A stretch of 64,000 nt of DNA. It comes from Azolla caroliniana. Taxonomy: Eukaryota > Plantae > Polypodiophyta. The notes under the pieces are model-generated. The model saw only the letters and a program-made list of their open reading frames with translations, was not told the origin of the DNA and searched no databases. The stretch spans positions 28,148,001 to 28,212,000 of the forward strand of contig JBHGNT010000002.1 in NCBI GenBank assembly GCA_043228905.1, given 5' to 3'. Positions 46,562 through 60,000 of the stretch are shown piece by piece. Every line of letters begins with the position of its first letter. Positions within the stretch are counted from its first letter, which is position 1. Made by a program: the position numbers and the translations under genes.

Positions 46562-49432
46562 TGTGAAATGCAGATAAGAGATCAAAACCAGTCTACTTAG
46601 CTTCTTACTTCTTAATCAATTTATAGTTGATACAACGAAACCCATTTGGCTTGGCTTGGCTAAAAAGGGTGTGCTAAAATGGTGGGTCATTTTGGGCACA
46701 CGCATCCTAAAAAGGGTGTGCTAAAAGGGTGGATCAACTTGGGTACGTGCATCTAAAAAGGGTGAGCTAAAAGGGTGGCACAAAGGAACACATGCACACC
46801 ACATTTCCCCCCTGCGAGAAACAAGAGATTGAGGGGCATGAGTGACCATGTGTGGTTCTTGCCGGGAACTGGAACGGTCCTCGCTCAGAGTTGCAACACG
46901 AATACCAACGGGCGTGAGCAACCATGTTGTCCTCACCGAGAATTGGAACACGAACAGGTGAGTGACCATGTGGCTCTCACCGGGAACTGGAACATGAACA
47001 ACAACGGGCATGAGCGACCATGTCAGTCCTCACCGAAGACTGGAACAGAAACAGGAGTGAGCAACCATGCGGCCCTCACTGGGAACAGGAACACGAACGA
47101 GAGATAGGGGCCATGTGCGGCCCTCATCGAGAACTCGAACACGAATGGGCGTGAGCGACCATGCGGCCCTCACCAGGAACACGAACACAAACACGAAAGA
47201 AACTAAAAAATAGAGACAATGAAGCGATGTTGATGATGAAGCGGTGGATATCAGGAGGCCTAACTAGTGAACTAAGGCGGTGCTAATAGAAGAGATACTA
47301 CTACAAGAGACTAACAAGAGTGTCGGTGATGGTGGTGAGGGCGATGCTACCTACGAAGCGGAAGAGGCGGATGCTTGGATGTGGGGGACTGGTACCCCGT
47401 CATCTCCACCAATATGTGGAATGCACATAAGAGATCAAAACCAGTCTACTTAGCTTCTTAGTTCTTAATCAATTTATAGTTGATACAACGAAACCCATTT
47501 GGGTTGGCGTGGCTAAAAAGGGTGTGCTAAAAGGGTGGGTCATTTTGGGCACACGCATCCTAAAAAGGGTGTGCTAAAAGGGTGGGTCAACTTGGGTACG
47601 TGCATCCTAAAAAGGGTGAGCTAAAAGGGTGGCACAAAGGAACACATGCACACCACATTTCCCCCCTGCGAGAAACAAGAGATTGAGGGGCATGAGTGAC
47701 CATGTGTGGTCCTTGCCGGGAACTGGAACGGTCCTCGCTGAGAGTTGGAACACGAACACCAACGGGCGTGAGCAACCATGTTGTCCTCATCGAGAATTGG
47801 AACACGAACGAGTGAGTGACCACGTGGCCCTCACCGAGAACTGGAACATGAACAACAACGGGCATGAGCGACCATGTCGGTCCTCACTGGGATCTGGAAC
47901 ACGAACAATAGTTGGAGTGAGCAGCCATGTGCGGTCCTCACCGGAGACTGGAACACAAACGGGAGTGAGCGACCATGCGGCCCTCACTGGGAACAGGAAC
48001 ACAAACGGGAGTGAGCGGCCATGTGCGGCCCTCATCGAGAACTCAAACACGAACGGGCGTGAGCGACCATGCGGCCCTCACCAGGAACACGAACACGAAC
48101 ACGAAAGAAACTAAAAAATAGAGACAATGAAGCGATGTTGATGATGAAGCGGTGGTTATCAGGAGGCCTAACTAGTGAACTAAGGCGGTGCTAATAGAAG
48201 AGATACTACTACAAGAGACTAACAAGAGTGTCGGTGATGGTGGTGAGGGCGACGCTACCTACGAAGCGGAAGAGGCGGATGGTTGGATGTGGGGGACTGG
48301 TACCCCGTCATCTCCACCAATATGTGGAATGCACATAAGAGATCAAAACCAGTCTACTTAGCTTCTTACTTCTTAATCAATTTATAGTTGATACAACGAA
48401 ACCCATTTGGGTTGGCGTGGCTAAAAAGGGTGTGCTAAAAGGGTGGGTCATTTTGGGCACACGCGTCCTAAAAAGGGTGTGCTAAAAGGGTGGGTCAACT
48501 TGGGTACGTGCATCCTAAAAAGGGTGAGCTAAAAGGGTGGCACAAAGGAACACATGCACACCACATTTCCCCCCTGCGAGAAACAAGAGATTGAGGGGCA
48601 TGAGTGACCATGTGTGGTCCTTGCCGGGAACTGGAACGGTCCTCGCTGAGAGTTGGAACACGAACACCAACGGGCGTGAGCAACCATGTTGTCCTCATCG
48701 AGAATTGGAACACGAACGAGTGAGTGACCACGTGGCCCTCACCGAGAACTGGAACATGAACAACAACGGGCATGAGCGACCATGTCGGTCCTCACTGGGA
48801 TCTGGAACACGAACAATAGTTGGAGTGAGCGGCCATGTGCGGTCCTCACCGGAGACTGGAACACAAACAGGAGTGAGCGACCATGCGGCCCTCACTGGGA
48901 ACAGGAACACAAACGGGAGTGAGCGGCCATGTGCGGCCCTCATCGAGAACTCCAACACGAACGGTCGTGAGCGACCATGCGGCCCTTACCAGGAACACGA
49001 ACACGAACACGAACACGAAAGAAACTAAAAAATAGAGACAATGAAGCGATGTTGATGATGAAGCGGTGGATATCAGGAGGCCTAACTAGTGAACTAAGGC
49101 GGTGCTAATAGAAGAGATACTACTACAAGAGACTAACAAGAGTGTCGGTGATGGTGGTGAGGGCGATGCTACCTACGAAGCGGAAGAGGCGGATGCTTGG
49201 ATGTGGGGGACTGGTACCCCGTCATCTCCACCAATATGTGGAATGTACATAAGAGATCAAAACCAGTCTATTTTGCTTGTTACTTCTTAATCAATTTATA
49301 GTTGATACAACGGAACCCATTTGGGTTGGCTTGGCCAAAAAGGGTGTGCTAAAAGGGTGGGTCATTTTGGGCACACACATCCTAAAAAGGGTGTGCTAAA
49401 AGGGTGGCACAAAGGAACACATGCACACCACA
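46562..49432 (-). mobile_element. Tandem-array TRIM: 4 LTRs and 3 non-coding internal units (about 850-915 bp period), same family as 14013-15429
   Basis: LTRs 46562-46803, 47415-47657, 48323-48565, 49237-49432. On the minus strand each internal unit starts with PBS TGGTGGAGATG(A)CGGGGTA (tRNA-Ala) and ends with PPT GGGGGGAAA. Internal repeats of about 50 bp. Flanks TTAA and TTAT. Confidence 0.9.
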
Positions 49433-52400
49433 TTATTATAAATAATAAAACAAAACAAAAAGAAATATGGGAATTAGTGTTGGAGATTTTCTAGCATTGC
49501 TATAATAATAATAATAAAAGAAATTAGGACGTTTCTGTCACATGAATCTAACATCTACTATATATGTAAGAAAATATAGAAATTCAAGGGTGTCAAAAAT
49601 ATAGGGGCGAGACCATTGGTGCCTTGAACTATGGAAGATTATCGACGTGCCTAGATTTGTTGGAGCCAATGTATAAATTGTCATGTTCTAGTGCTATTGA
49701 TTGTTTCCCCTCTTCACCTCATTTGGCCACATGGCATCGTTGCCCCTAGTTTTAGGACTTTATTCAGTTGTCTGCAAACTCTGTGTGTGTGTACATGTAA
49801 ATGTGCATTCATGTTCTATGTGTGTGTATATGTATATGTATATGTATATTTGGGTTCTATGTAGGTATGTGAGTTTTGTGCTTAAGTGGTTTACATGTAT
49901 TAGAGGATAAGCATGATCGTGTAATGATGTGTTAATGTGTGTGATTTTGCTCATCTAGGATGTGTATATATATGTGCTTTACATGTATACTAATGTATGA
50001 ATAAGCATAACCGTGTAACGGTGTGATAATATTTTATTGGTGAATATATGTGAATGTGTATAATTTGTATGGACATGTATGTGTATGTTTGTAAGTTTCT
50101 AGTAACAAAATGGAGAACTTTAGGAATTACATGAATGTGGATAGGGGTATGTATATATGATTTGGTTTTTATGGTTTAATGTTGTGTTCTAGTCTACAAA
50201 ATTCAAACAACTCTAAAAAATCGCAAGTGACGTTTACCATCGCTTGCATAAGAATGTACAAGCATGCATGTGCATGTTTTTGCAATTGGATGAATATGTA
50301 CATGTGAATTTGTGTAAATGCGGATTTGTATGTATAATAAGTATGTATGTATAATAGTATGGATCTCAATTGTGTATATTTGTATGTCTCTAGAAACAAA
50401 ATTGAGAACTTTAGGAATCACGGTGTAGGGGTGTATATATGTGATTTAGTTTTTATGGTTTGACATTGTGTTTTATAGTCTAAAACCGGCACTAAAAATT
50501 TGCAGTTGATATTCAACGTCACCTTTTTAGTAAAAAGGGTTTGATGTTAATTCCCCCTATGTTGTGTAATGATGGGGATGGAGACGATGATAAAGATGAA
50601 ATTGTTGTTGTTATTGGAGATGATAATGACAACAATGTTGACCACGACGACGATGTTGATGACAACAGATGATGAACTCCATGATGACAATAGCGAACAA
50701 ATAATGATAGATGGTAATGATTATGATGGTGTCAATGAAGTAATGAAGCATGATGAAGACGATATCGGTGTTGGAGATGAGAAGGATGACGACGACAATG
50801 TTAACAACAGTGGACAATGTTATCAATGAGATGTTGATGAAGACGATTCCGTTGTCGAAAACAAGAATCACAATATTGATGATGATGTATTCCTCCCAAT
50901 TTTTAAATAAAATAAGAAGACTCTCCTAAATTCTAATTTTACCTTAGGCATTGTTTGAAGTTTTCCAAAATTTTATTTTGGGACTTTTTATATTAATCAA
51001 TTCAATTAATGCTCATTGATACCAAACATTTCTCCCTTTTTTTTGAAAACTTATGTTTACGTCTTCAATTGGTCTTTACTTTTAGACCGTATTCTCGACT
51101 CCATGTGAAACCAACTATACTTCACTATTTCTCCATTTGCCCATGCCATGACATTACATAGGTCTAGGAGCCTAAGAGTTCAACTATAAAAAGACATTCT
51201 TCAAACTTTATTATGAATCAAAGCTATCATATTTTTGGATCCATTTATTGGTTAACTTCAAGGTATAACATAAGGCCATATTCCGTGACGTGAGACATGG
51301 ATGGGTTTTTGTGTTCACCTCTTGTTCATTGCTCAAGAGTGATTGGTCTATTTAAGCCCCCTTTATTGATCATTTTAATTAATTACTTATCATTACTATA
51401 TGCTTGTGCTATTGGCCTTCCCACACATGGGGAAACCTTTACAAAAGCAGAGCCCCATGGACCAAACTTTTACCCCGCACATGCTCAAGGGATAGCATAG
51501 GTTCAATCCACCATATGCAAAATTGCATAATTGAAGTCACAAAAGTTATAGACTCCCAAACACAATCTTATCGAATATAATGAACAAAAGGTATCATCAT
51601 GGCTCTAAGTTCTAACTTGAGCAACATAATCATCATATTAGTACCTAATAATCAATAATGATTATATTCACATTGTCAATCAAAACTATTAGAAGTATGA
51701 AAACACTCAAAGAATTGTAAGTTCTACACAAGAATATTGTCCATTTTTTTATGTTACATCAATTTTTTTGAAATGGTTCTCTTTTTTTTGGTACATTTTG
51801 AAAGCCTAAACTATTGCATTTGCAAGCCACTATCTTTAAGCAAACTGGCATCAATAAACAAAACATGCTTGATAAATTTATATCAAGATCCATAAATTTT
51901 GCACTGTCAATCAATTTTTTTGTGTTAAATCAATTATGGAAATACTATTGTATATAAGGGTCATGTCCTACTAAGATTTTAAATCATGGAAAGAAGTAGG
52001 TTGGGTTGCACTTTCTATGGTGAATAAGAGTCTTGCAAGAAGAGACAAAAGCTGATAAATGACATGGTGTTAACAAACAAAAGAATGTTGTCAAAAACTT
52101 AATACAATCATCACATTAAAGGAACATAGGAATTCTTGTGTGTGCAATATCGTGCCAAACCTCAAATGCTAAAATGTTGTTAAATTGCAGCCATGTATAC
52201 AATTAAAATTGGACAAAATTGAAGAATGATTAAAGCATGTTGCAATTTCTACTTGGAAAATAAGAAGAAATTATATGGCTTACCGCAGTTTAAATTCTTA
52301 ACACTCAAATCTTTTGGTTTTAGTGGTTCTCATCAAAATCAAGAGTTTTGATAATCTTAAACATTTTTAACATAAAGCTACCACATGGCTCAAACAAAAA

Positions 52401-52855
52401 TTTCGCTATATTGTCAAAATCATGTAAATCGATGAGGATGTTGGCTCTAAGCAATAACAATACTACCTAGTACTTGTAGGAAAGATGATCATATTTTCTA
52501 GACTAATTGGTCGTAAGAAAAATATCTGTGTTATTTTATAGATTCATTATGAAAAATGATTGCACCATCTCACAATTATATTAAGAACGGTAGTAGCGTT
52601 GTGTAGTCATTGTCAAGAAAATAGCGAGCTACACCATTGAGTAACTCAATTAAGAAAAAGAAGCTACACAATCCAAGAAAATAACTACACCGCCCATTGG
52701 CATTGTCCTTTGAGAACGTCCTATAATGACACCTGTTGGCAGTTGGGGCTGCAATAATGACACCCTCTAGTTTTCTGTTTTGGTAAATTAGAAATTTTGT
52801 ATCATGTGTTGATTGTTTTTCTCTCCCATGTAATGGTTTTTGCCATTCACTAAAT

Positions 52856-52903
<48 letters not shown>

Positions 52904-52904
52904 A
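52856..52904. repeat. Compound (CT)n(CA)n microsatellite
   Basis: Direct reading. Confidence 0.9.
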
Positions 52905-53757
52905 ACAAAACCTTCATCACAAGAACACCCTCTTACCTATTGCTATAGATATTTGATCACTAATTAATTTAAAAGGCATGTCAAGCCTTGCGGGTTTTTC
53001 ATCCTATTTCTATCGAAAGTTACTCTTGAAAGTTACCAATGAGATTAAAGAGTATCATAGGAATTGGATCCCCTCCCTCCCAACCTAGACATGGTAACAA
53101 AGTAATGGCACCTGTCATGGTAACCAAGTAATTAATGGCAACCTAGACATAGAACAAAAAATTGTGCCTTGTAGGGTACATTTTAGCATCATTCGTACTT
53201 CCATATATTGAAAATCACCCTTAAGCTAGAAAAGGTTCCACCTTTCTATGTCCCTCCCTTGGAATCAAACACCCAAGAAGATTGGTTTTAAACAATATTG
53301 TGCAAAACGATTCAAAAATTTGTGCTTGCAAGACTCGTGATGCGTGGGACATCACCGCGACTTTGCATTCGGCATCTAACATAAATATTTGGTAAAGATC
53401 GATGGTACTTGTCGGCTCATCATTGGCCATTAAAAGGGAGCTCCCAAGTGATGCGGATGGCCCCAGATTAAGAGAAAGAGAAAAACAACAAAACAAAAGA
53501 CATTATATATAGACGTCGTTAGGTATTACTTAAGGTCAAATTTGGTAGATAGGTGGCAAAGGCATTGAAGGGGGAGGGTGAAAGACAGGTGAGGAAGGCC
53601 TGGATAAAAGGAGTCTGATGAGAAAGAGAGACAGAGAGGAGCATGCATAGAAGATAGATAGATAAATAGATAGGTAGAGAGATAGCACATACAAAAGAGG
53701 GAACTTAGAGATTGAGTGAGTGAGAGTGTGTGTAAAAGAAGCTTGTAGAGAAAGGGC

Positions 53758-54231
53758 ATGGCAACGGAGGTAGTGGCGGCGACCGAGGTGGTTACAACGA
53801 CGACAAAGCGCCCCTTGTTCTTTCCCGATGAGAGAGAGAAGGCATACATATTCGAAGGGCAAGAGAATTGCTCGAGAAAGATCGAAGAATTGTACCGTTC
53901 CATGGAGCTCCCCACTGGGCTCTTACCACTCACCGACATTATCGAGAGTGGATGGTCCGACGAGTCGGGGTTCTCTTGGATCGTCACCGGCCGTCCACAA
54001 CGCCACCACTTGGTCAAATCCGATCGCCATTGCTCGTATGATGAGGTGGTCACGTGCACCGTCACCAAAGGCCACATGAGCAACATCCGTGGTGTGAAAG
54101 CCAAGGAATTCGGCATTTGGGTCCCCATCAACGAAATCTACGTCGATAACTCTAAACCCAACAATAAGAAACTGGTGTTCAAGAGCCTCATGGGTCTCTC
54201 TCGCTCCATGCCGTTCGAACTCTTTGAATGA
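53758..54231 (+). CDS. DUF538 family protein, copy 4 (157 aa)
   Basis: LPTGLLPLTDIIESGWSDESGFSW...HHLVKSDRHCSYDEVV...GVKAKEFGIWVPINEIYVD...SRSMPFELFE. Confidence 0.92.
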   Translation: MATEVVAATEVVTTTTKRPLFFPDEREKAYIFEGQENCSRKIEELYRSMELPTGLLPLTDIIESGWSDESGFSWIVTGRPQRHHLVKSDRHCSYDEVVTCTVTKGHMSNIRGVKAKEFGIWVPINEIYVDNSKPNNKKLVFKSLMGLSRSMPFELFE

Positions 54232-54771
54232 TATTGCAAAAAACCATGTTCACCATAATGGGCATTCGCGGTATCGCATATTATGGCTTAAAACAAACAA
54301 CAGGAACAATAATCGCATATCCCCCTTGTCCTAAACATCATATTAGTATAGAAATAAACATGTCTCCTTGATAGACTAATCTCTATGTCCATGTTTCATA
54401 TCATCCACATCCTCGTGCCTTCCACATATCTATCGCATTGCATTCATTGGTTAAACTTTCCTCCATCAATATTTTCAATCCATATCATGCATTCTCATCA
54501 TGTTCGTGTCATCAGTATCATGGCTAAAATTTGCCCATGCCAATCAATCATCATATTTTTATTAGCACCGATACCAAATGTTTAGATTGCAATAACATCA
54601 AAGGTTCTTGCTTTAAAACTCCATTATCGCCCAATCTAGTGTTCTCGTTTAAGTTTCTATGGCTATCATGTCTTCTAATGTTATTTATATGGGGTACCAC
54701 AACTTTCCAACAACTTTTTGCCTCTTTGCAATTGTTTTGAAAAATGACAAGCTATGCACTCTTTATATTGC

Positions 54772-55076
54772 ACTTGACAAGACATATCTTAAATGCACTA
54801 CTCATTGGTACCATATTAACCCTTGGAAAACCATATTTAGGTTGTTTGCGACTAGTATTGAGATGGCATATCTTAAATGCGCTACTCATTTCCATGATAT
54901 TATTAACCCTTGACAAACCATATACGATTAGGTGGTCTTTGACTTGTATTGAGATGGCATATCTTAAATGCACTACTCATTGTGCCATATTAAACCCTTG
55001 ACAAAATCTGTATGGAATGTATGGAGATGGCATCATCTTCAAATACATCATAAATTGGTACCGTATTAACCCTTGG
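54772..55076. repeat. Degenerate tandem repeat, about 4 copies of 75-90 bp
   Basis: GAGATGGCATATCTTAAATGC.CTACTCATT...TATTAACCCTTG recurs. Confidence 0.75.
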
Positions 55077-55317
55077 ATTTACGTCGTCGTTCTAGTAATT
55101 TGATCAAATTTTACATTTTTAGTTGAATTTACAATTTCCATAATGTCTCTTCCAAAGTTCAAACTATCGATCATTGATCCAATGGAAAAAACATACGTTT
55201 CAACTAGTGTGTTAACTTGGGGCCTTGTGCGACAATGTTTAGTACGAAGTGTGTGATTTCTCCTCACCTAATTTTGCACATGGTCTTATACCCTGGAACA
55301 CCCTTGCCTTGCATGCA

Positions 55318-55386
55318 TGTTGTATATTATCCGATGTACTTTTTCTTAACTAATGGAAGTAGAAATGTTTTTTTGGGGAAAAAAAA
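55318..55386 (+). mobile_element. Ultra-short (about 69 bp) L1 3'-end insertion with 21-bp TSD
   Basis: TSD AACACCCTTGCCTTGCATGCA at 55297 and 55387; the insert carries CTTAACTAATGGAAGTAG and a poly(A) tail. Confidence 0.85.
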
Positions 55387-55544
55387 AACACCCTTGCCTT
55401 GCATGCACCTTTATCTTCATTTATAAATTAGCATCCATATTGTATCTAACTAATAAATGTACCTCCTTTTAACCCAATAGACACCCACGTTTTATGCGAA
55501 CCTAGAAGATAGTACAAAGGAAAACAAATACCATAATAAAAAGA

Positions 55545-55960
55545 AAGGAAAAGTACTAGGATACCCCTAAAAGTTCGTCTATTTACCAGAATGCCCTTGG
55601 AAGTTTCAAATTTACTAAACTACCCCTATGTCCAAAAAAATACACTTTATAAAGTAATTATACACTCAAATCTACAAGCCCTATTTACCAAAATACCCTT
55701 CAAACACAAATCTACAAGCCCTATTATACGCTCAAATTTACAAGCCTTATTTACCAGAGTACCCTTAAACCTAAACTTATTTACCATAATGCCACTATAT
55801 ACCTATTTTGACCAATTTATACCACTTTTATTTTTCAAAATACATCATAAATCAAATTAAATTTCAAAATTATATTATATATCAAAAATTTCAATTGAAA
55901 GGTCACCTTAAAATCTAATTCTATGAATTTACACCGAGTTATACTGGCTTAATCCCATAA
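55545..55960. mobile_element. Possible Mutator-like terminal repeat remnant
   Basis: Recurrent TTTACCA..ATACCC motifs resembling plant MULE TIRs; no partner end seen. Confidence 0.3.
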
Positions 55961-57033
55961 AACCAAAAATTGTGAGACAAACAAAGCGAGGAGCAATGGC
56001 TGAACAAAGACGGATACCTGATTCAACGCACAGAGGGGGTTCCGATGCAACTCCCCTCGATCTGCCTTCTAACTCTCCCCATATTTCAAGTAAGGTCGTC
56101 TCACTCTCCTTGTCAGATTGTTATAGGACCATTGTGTTGACAGAAATACATCGGCTAGAGGCGGTCTCTCTGGTGGCGCATATGGAAGGATCAAGGCCGA
56201 ATAGGCCTGAGTTACGTCGAATGTTGTACGCATCCTTCCCAGAAGAAATCAGTACTATTGTGGACATCCAATTCATGGGTAAAGGATGGTGTCATTTGGA
56301 GCTTACAGATCCTTCGTCAGTTGATCGTGTGTTGAAGATCAAACATACATCGTTGCATGGTAGTTGGATATCTTTTTATAGGTGCACTCATAAAGTGGTT
56401 GCAGACGAGATTTTGCAGCACAAAGAAGCCTATATGATATTTACGACCGTTTTTCCAAGATTAAAGAAAGAATGGCATCAAGTATTAGCCCAAATAGGCT
56501 CTCTTTTAGGTACTGTAATGTTCTCCGAGGATGATCGTATATGAGGAGCACAAACTGTGAGAATTTTGGCACCCAAGAATAACGTTTTACCATCTTCAGT
56601 TTTGTTGCCAAATTTGCAAGAAAATAAAGAGTCGTTGCCCCAAAGGATTATGTATCAAGTAGGGATCGGCAACGGTTCGGTTTAGGCTTAGCCAGTTTGG
56701 CCTAATCCAAGCCAAACCGGCTAAGCCTAAACCGTTTACGGGATCTCAAACTTGAGCCGAACTGAGCCGAGCCGGTTCACAAACCGGTTCAGGCTAAACT
56801 GGTTTGTGAACTAGTTTGGTAAACGGCTTGTAAACCGGTTTCCAAACCGGCTTGGAAAGCGGTTTAGAAACCTCCCTCCCTCCCTCCCTCTCTCTCTCCC
56901 TACCTCCTTCTCTCTCTCAGATGATCCACTATATACTATACATTGTACAAGCTCTCCCTCCCACTCTCTCTCACGTCTGTGGTCTCGACTCTCTCTCTCT
57001 CTCTCTCTCTCTCCCCTCTGTGTAGTCTCTCTC

Positions 57034-60000
57034 TTTTTTCTTCTTTTTTTTCGTAAATAATGGCTTTCATTACGAAAGAAAAAACACCACCATGACTAAC
57101 TTACAACAAACTATAGAACCCCTTCTATCTAGGGATCTAAAGAAAACTACGACACCAAACTCAATGCCACCCTACACACCAATTCAAATGGCGAATATGA
57201 TGATATGTGACCTTGCAGAGTTCTCTCTCTTCTTGGTTGAGATTTTGTGACTTCTCTAGCACTGTCAATTGCCACAAAAGAAGTCCTTTTAACTTAAGAA
57301 CATATTTTCTCACCCCAACTTGCGAATAAAAAATGAAGGCATTCCGCATATTCCAATTGAACCATAGCCCCCAATACCTCAAGAACTCAAAAATAATTTG
57401 AAAATGAGGCATCGATTCATTGTTCTCCATATGTGCAAAAACCCAACTGAAGGAAGATAGACTTACTCTTGTTAGAGACATCCACACTAAACTGATACAC
57501 CTCCAAACCATCCTTGCCATCGGGCATGAAATAAATCGATGCCTACTATGTTCCAATTCCACCGAACAAAAGAAACACAATCATTTAGTAATGTTTCTTC
57601 TTTTTAATGCATCCCCTAATGGTAAAGCTCCAACCATAACTCTCCAAATAAATACCTTGGCTCGTAGCATCAATCGAGAACACCAACCTGCCTTGATCAC
57701 ATGAAACCACCAAGTAATGGGCTTATGAAAACCCTATATCTTTATAACCCTTTCTTCCAACCACTTATGTTTGTCAATCAACTTGTGATAAGCAACATTC
57801 GTTGAGATCATAGTCAATCTCTTATTTCCAACAAACCTCCAATCAAGCTCTTGAGATCGCCCATCTAAATCAGGAATTGGCTCATGCGAAGATAGTGTTT
57901 GTTGCAACTTATCCCAAATAAAGTTATAACCTTTTGGAATACGAAATGTTGATCTTATTGTTCGAAAAGCCATTAATCTTCTTTGTGAAACCAACATAGC
58001 ATCCTTAACTCTTACCAAACCCAATCTAGCCATCCGATTAAATTGAAGGTTAAGAATTTGTTTACCTTCCCACCTCAACAACCTTGATGTTGCCAAAACC
58101 TCCATTTGTAATGAATTGGCACATCCCCTTTCTTGTGGGGGATGCCATTCCACAAAATCCAACATACTTTGCCAAGATGTCAACAAATGATTAACTATCA
58201 TAGACCCTGTACATTTGACATCCCTGTCAGAATTAATTACATTCCACCAATTCGCTTCAACCTTCATGTTTCCAAGCTTTATTCCGTTCTTCTCTATAAA
58301 GTATGCCACCATTTCGGTCCAAGGTTGTACACCTTCAAACATGAATCGAATGAAAGTAAATCGACGAGCCACCATATGCTCATATAGATTCAATATTGAT
58401 GCCCCACCAAGACGCTTCGGAGTACAAACATGATCCCATGCCAACCATGACAAGGCACTTTTCCCTTTTCTTTTCCATAACAACATTCGCATCGAGTGTG
58501 ACAACATTTCAAGAGCTTTCTTTGACCATGGGAGCAAAGGAAGATAATAAGATACCATAGAGACCATAATCGATTGGACCACCTTAAGTCGTACATGAAA
58601 AGGCCAAAATTGAGACCTCCAATACATAAACTTATCCTCCAACCTTTTGGATACCCACTCAATAAGTTTCACATGAGAAACTTCCACCCCAATTGGATAT
58701 CCAAGATGACGACAAATCATACCACGATGTACTATCCTTCTTGACCACCCCAACCCTAACACATCTTGTTCTGTACATGAAATGAGGACAGATTTATGTA
58801 TATTAATTCTCAACCCCGAAGCATTTGAAAACAATTCCCACACATCTCTTGTCTTACTAATATTTTCCCGATTAGGTGCCAAAAACATAATATGGTCATT
58901 TGCGAGAGCTTGAACAATACAGGGCTTCCCTGATGGTAACCTCAGTCCAAGCAATTCTTCCCCCATAGTCATATTGTGTAACTTAACAAGAATAGGATGT
59001 GTCACAATAGTGAATAGTAAAGGACTTACTGGGCATCCTTGTCTAACTGACCTCCGAATAGAAATCGGTTGGGTTACTCCTCCATTAAACATCACATGTG
59101 AAACCGAACCCTCCCCTAATGTGTATATCAACTTAGACATACGATCACCAAAACCCATATGAGACATCAATTGATTTATAAATGACCAATCCACATTATC
59201 ATAGGCTTTCTCGATATCCAATTGTAGCAACACTAATTCTTGTTTAGACTCCTTTGCATAGTCAATTGCCATTTGAACATTTAAAATATTATGTAAAATG
59301 TCTCTTTTTGCTAAAAACTCATATTGAGCATTATGAATAATAGAAGGTAAAACCTTATGCAACCTATTGGCCATCACTTTTGCAAAAATCTTGTACATTC
59401 CCCCCATCAATGAAATAGGCCTCCATTGAGCAAAGGAAGATGGAGAAGGCACCTTCGGCAAAAGCTTGATCAAACCAATCTTCCAAGAATGAGGCATTTC
59501 CCCTGATGTCCACACCTTCTGAAATAAAATCGTAAAAGGCCCCTTTAACTTAATCACATATTTCTTAAAGAGTTCATGTGTTAATCCATCCCACCCAGGA
59601 CTCTTATCATTAGCAAGATGTGACATGACATGTTCCACCTCATCCTCTGAAATATTAGCATCTAATGATTGTGCCACATCATGCGATACATGATTTTTCA
59701 CTCCATTAAAAAATACATCTCTATCCTTTTTAACATTATCATTGATACACACTTGTACATCCAACAATTGTGTATAATATTCTATGCATTTCTTCACAAT
59801 TTCTTGAGGATCGGAACACATGATACCATTTTCCTCTAACCTTACCACATTATGTCGTGCATGTGATTCATGAAGGTCATGGAAAAACTTACGTGATTGA
59901 CAATTAGCATCATCCACTTCTTGTCTTAGATGATGTAGTCTAGCATGTTGATAATTTTTTGCCGTTAGGTCATGCATCGCAGAAATTAATACCCCTTGAT

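Noticed and set aside
46721-49028. Repeated 87-163 aa ORFs (MAQRNTCTPH...)
   Set aside because: By-products of the tandem repeats in the TRIM array; they cross the LTR-PPT boundary.
50569-50871. Asp/Met-rich 86-aa ORFs
   Set aside because: Degenerate (GAT)n low-complexity tract with no gene structure.
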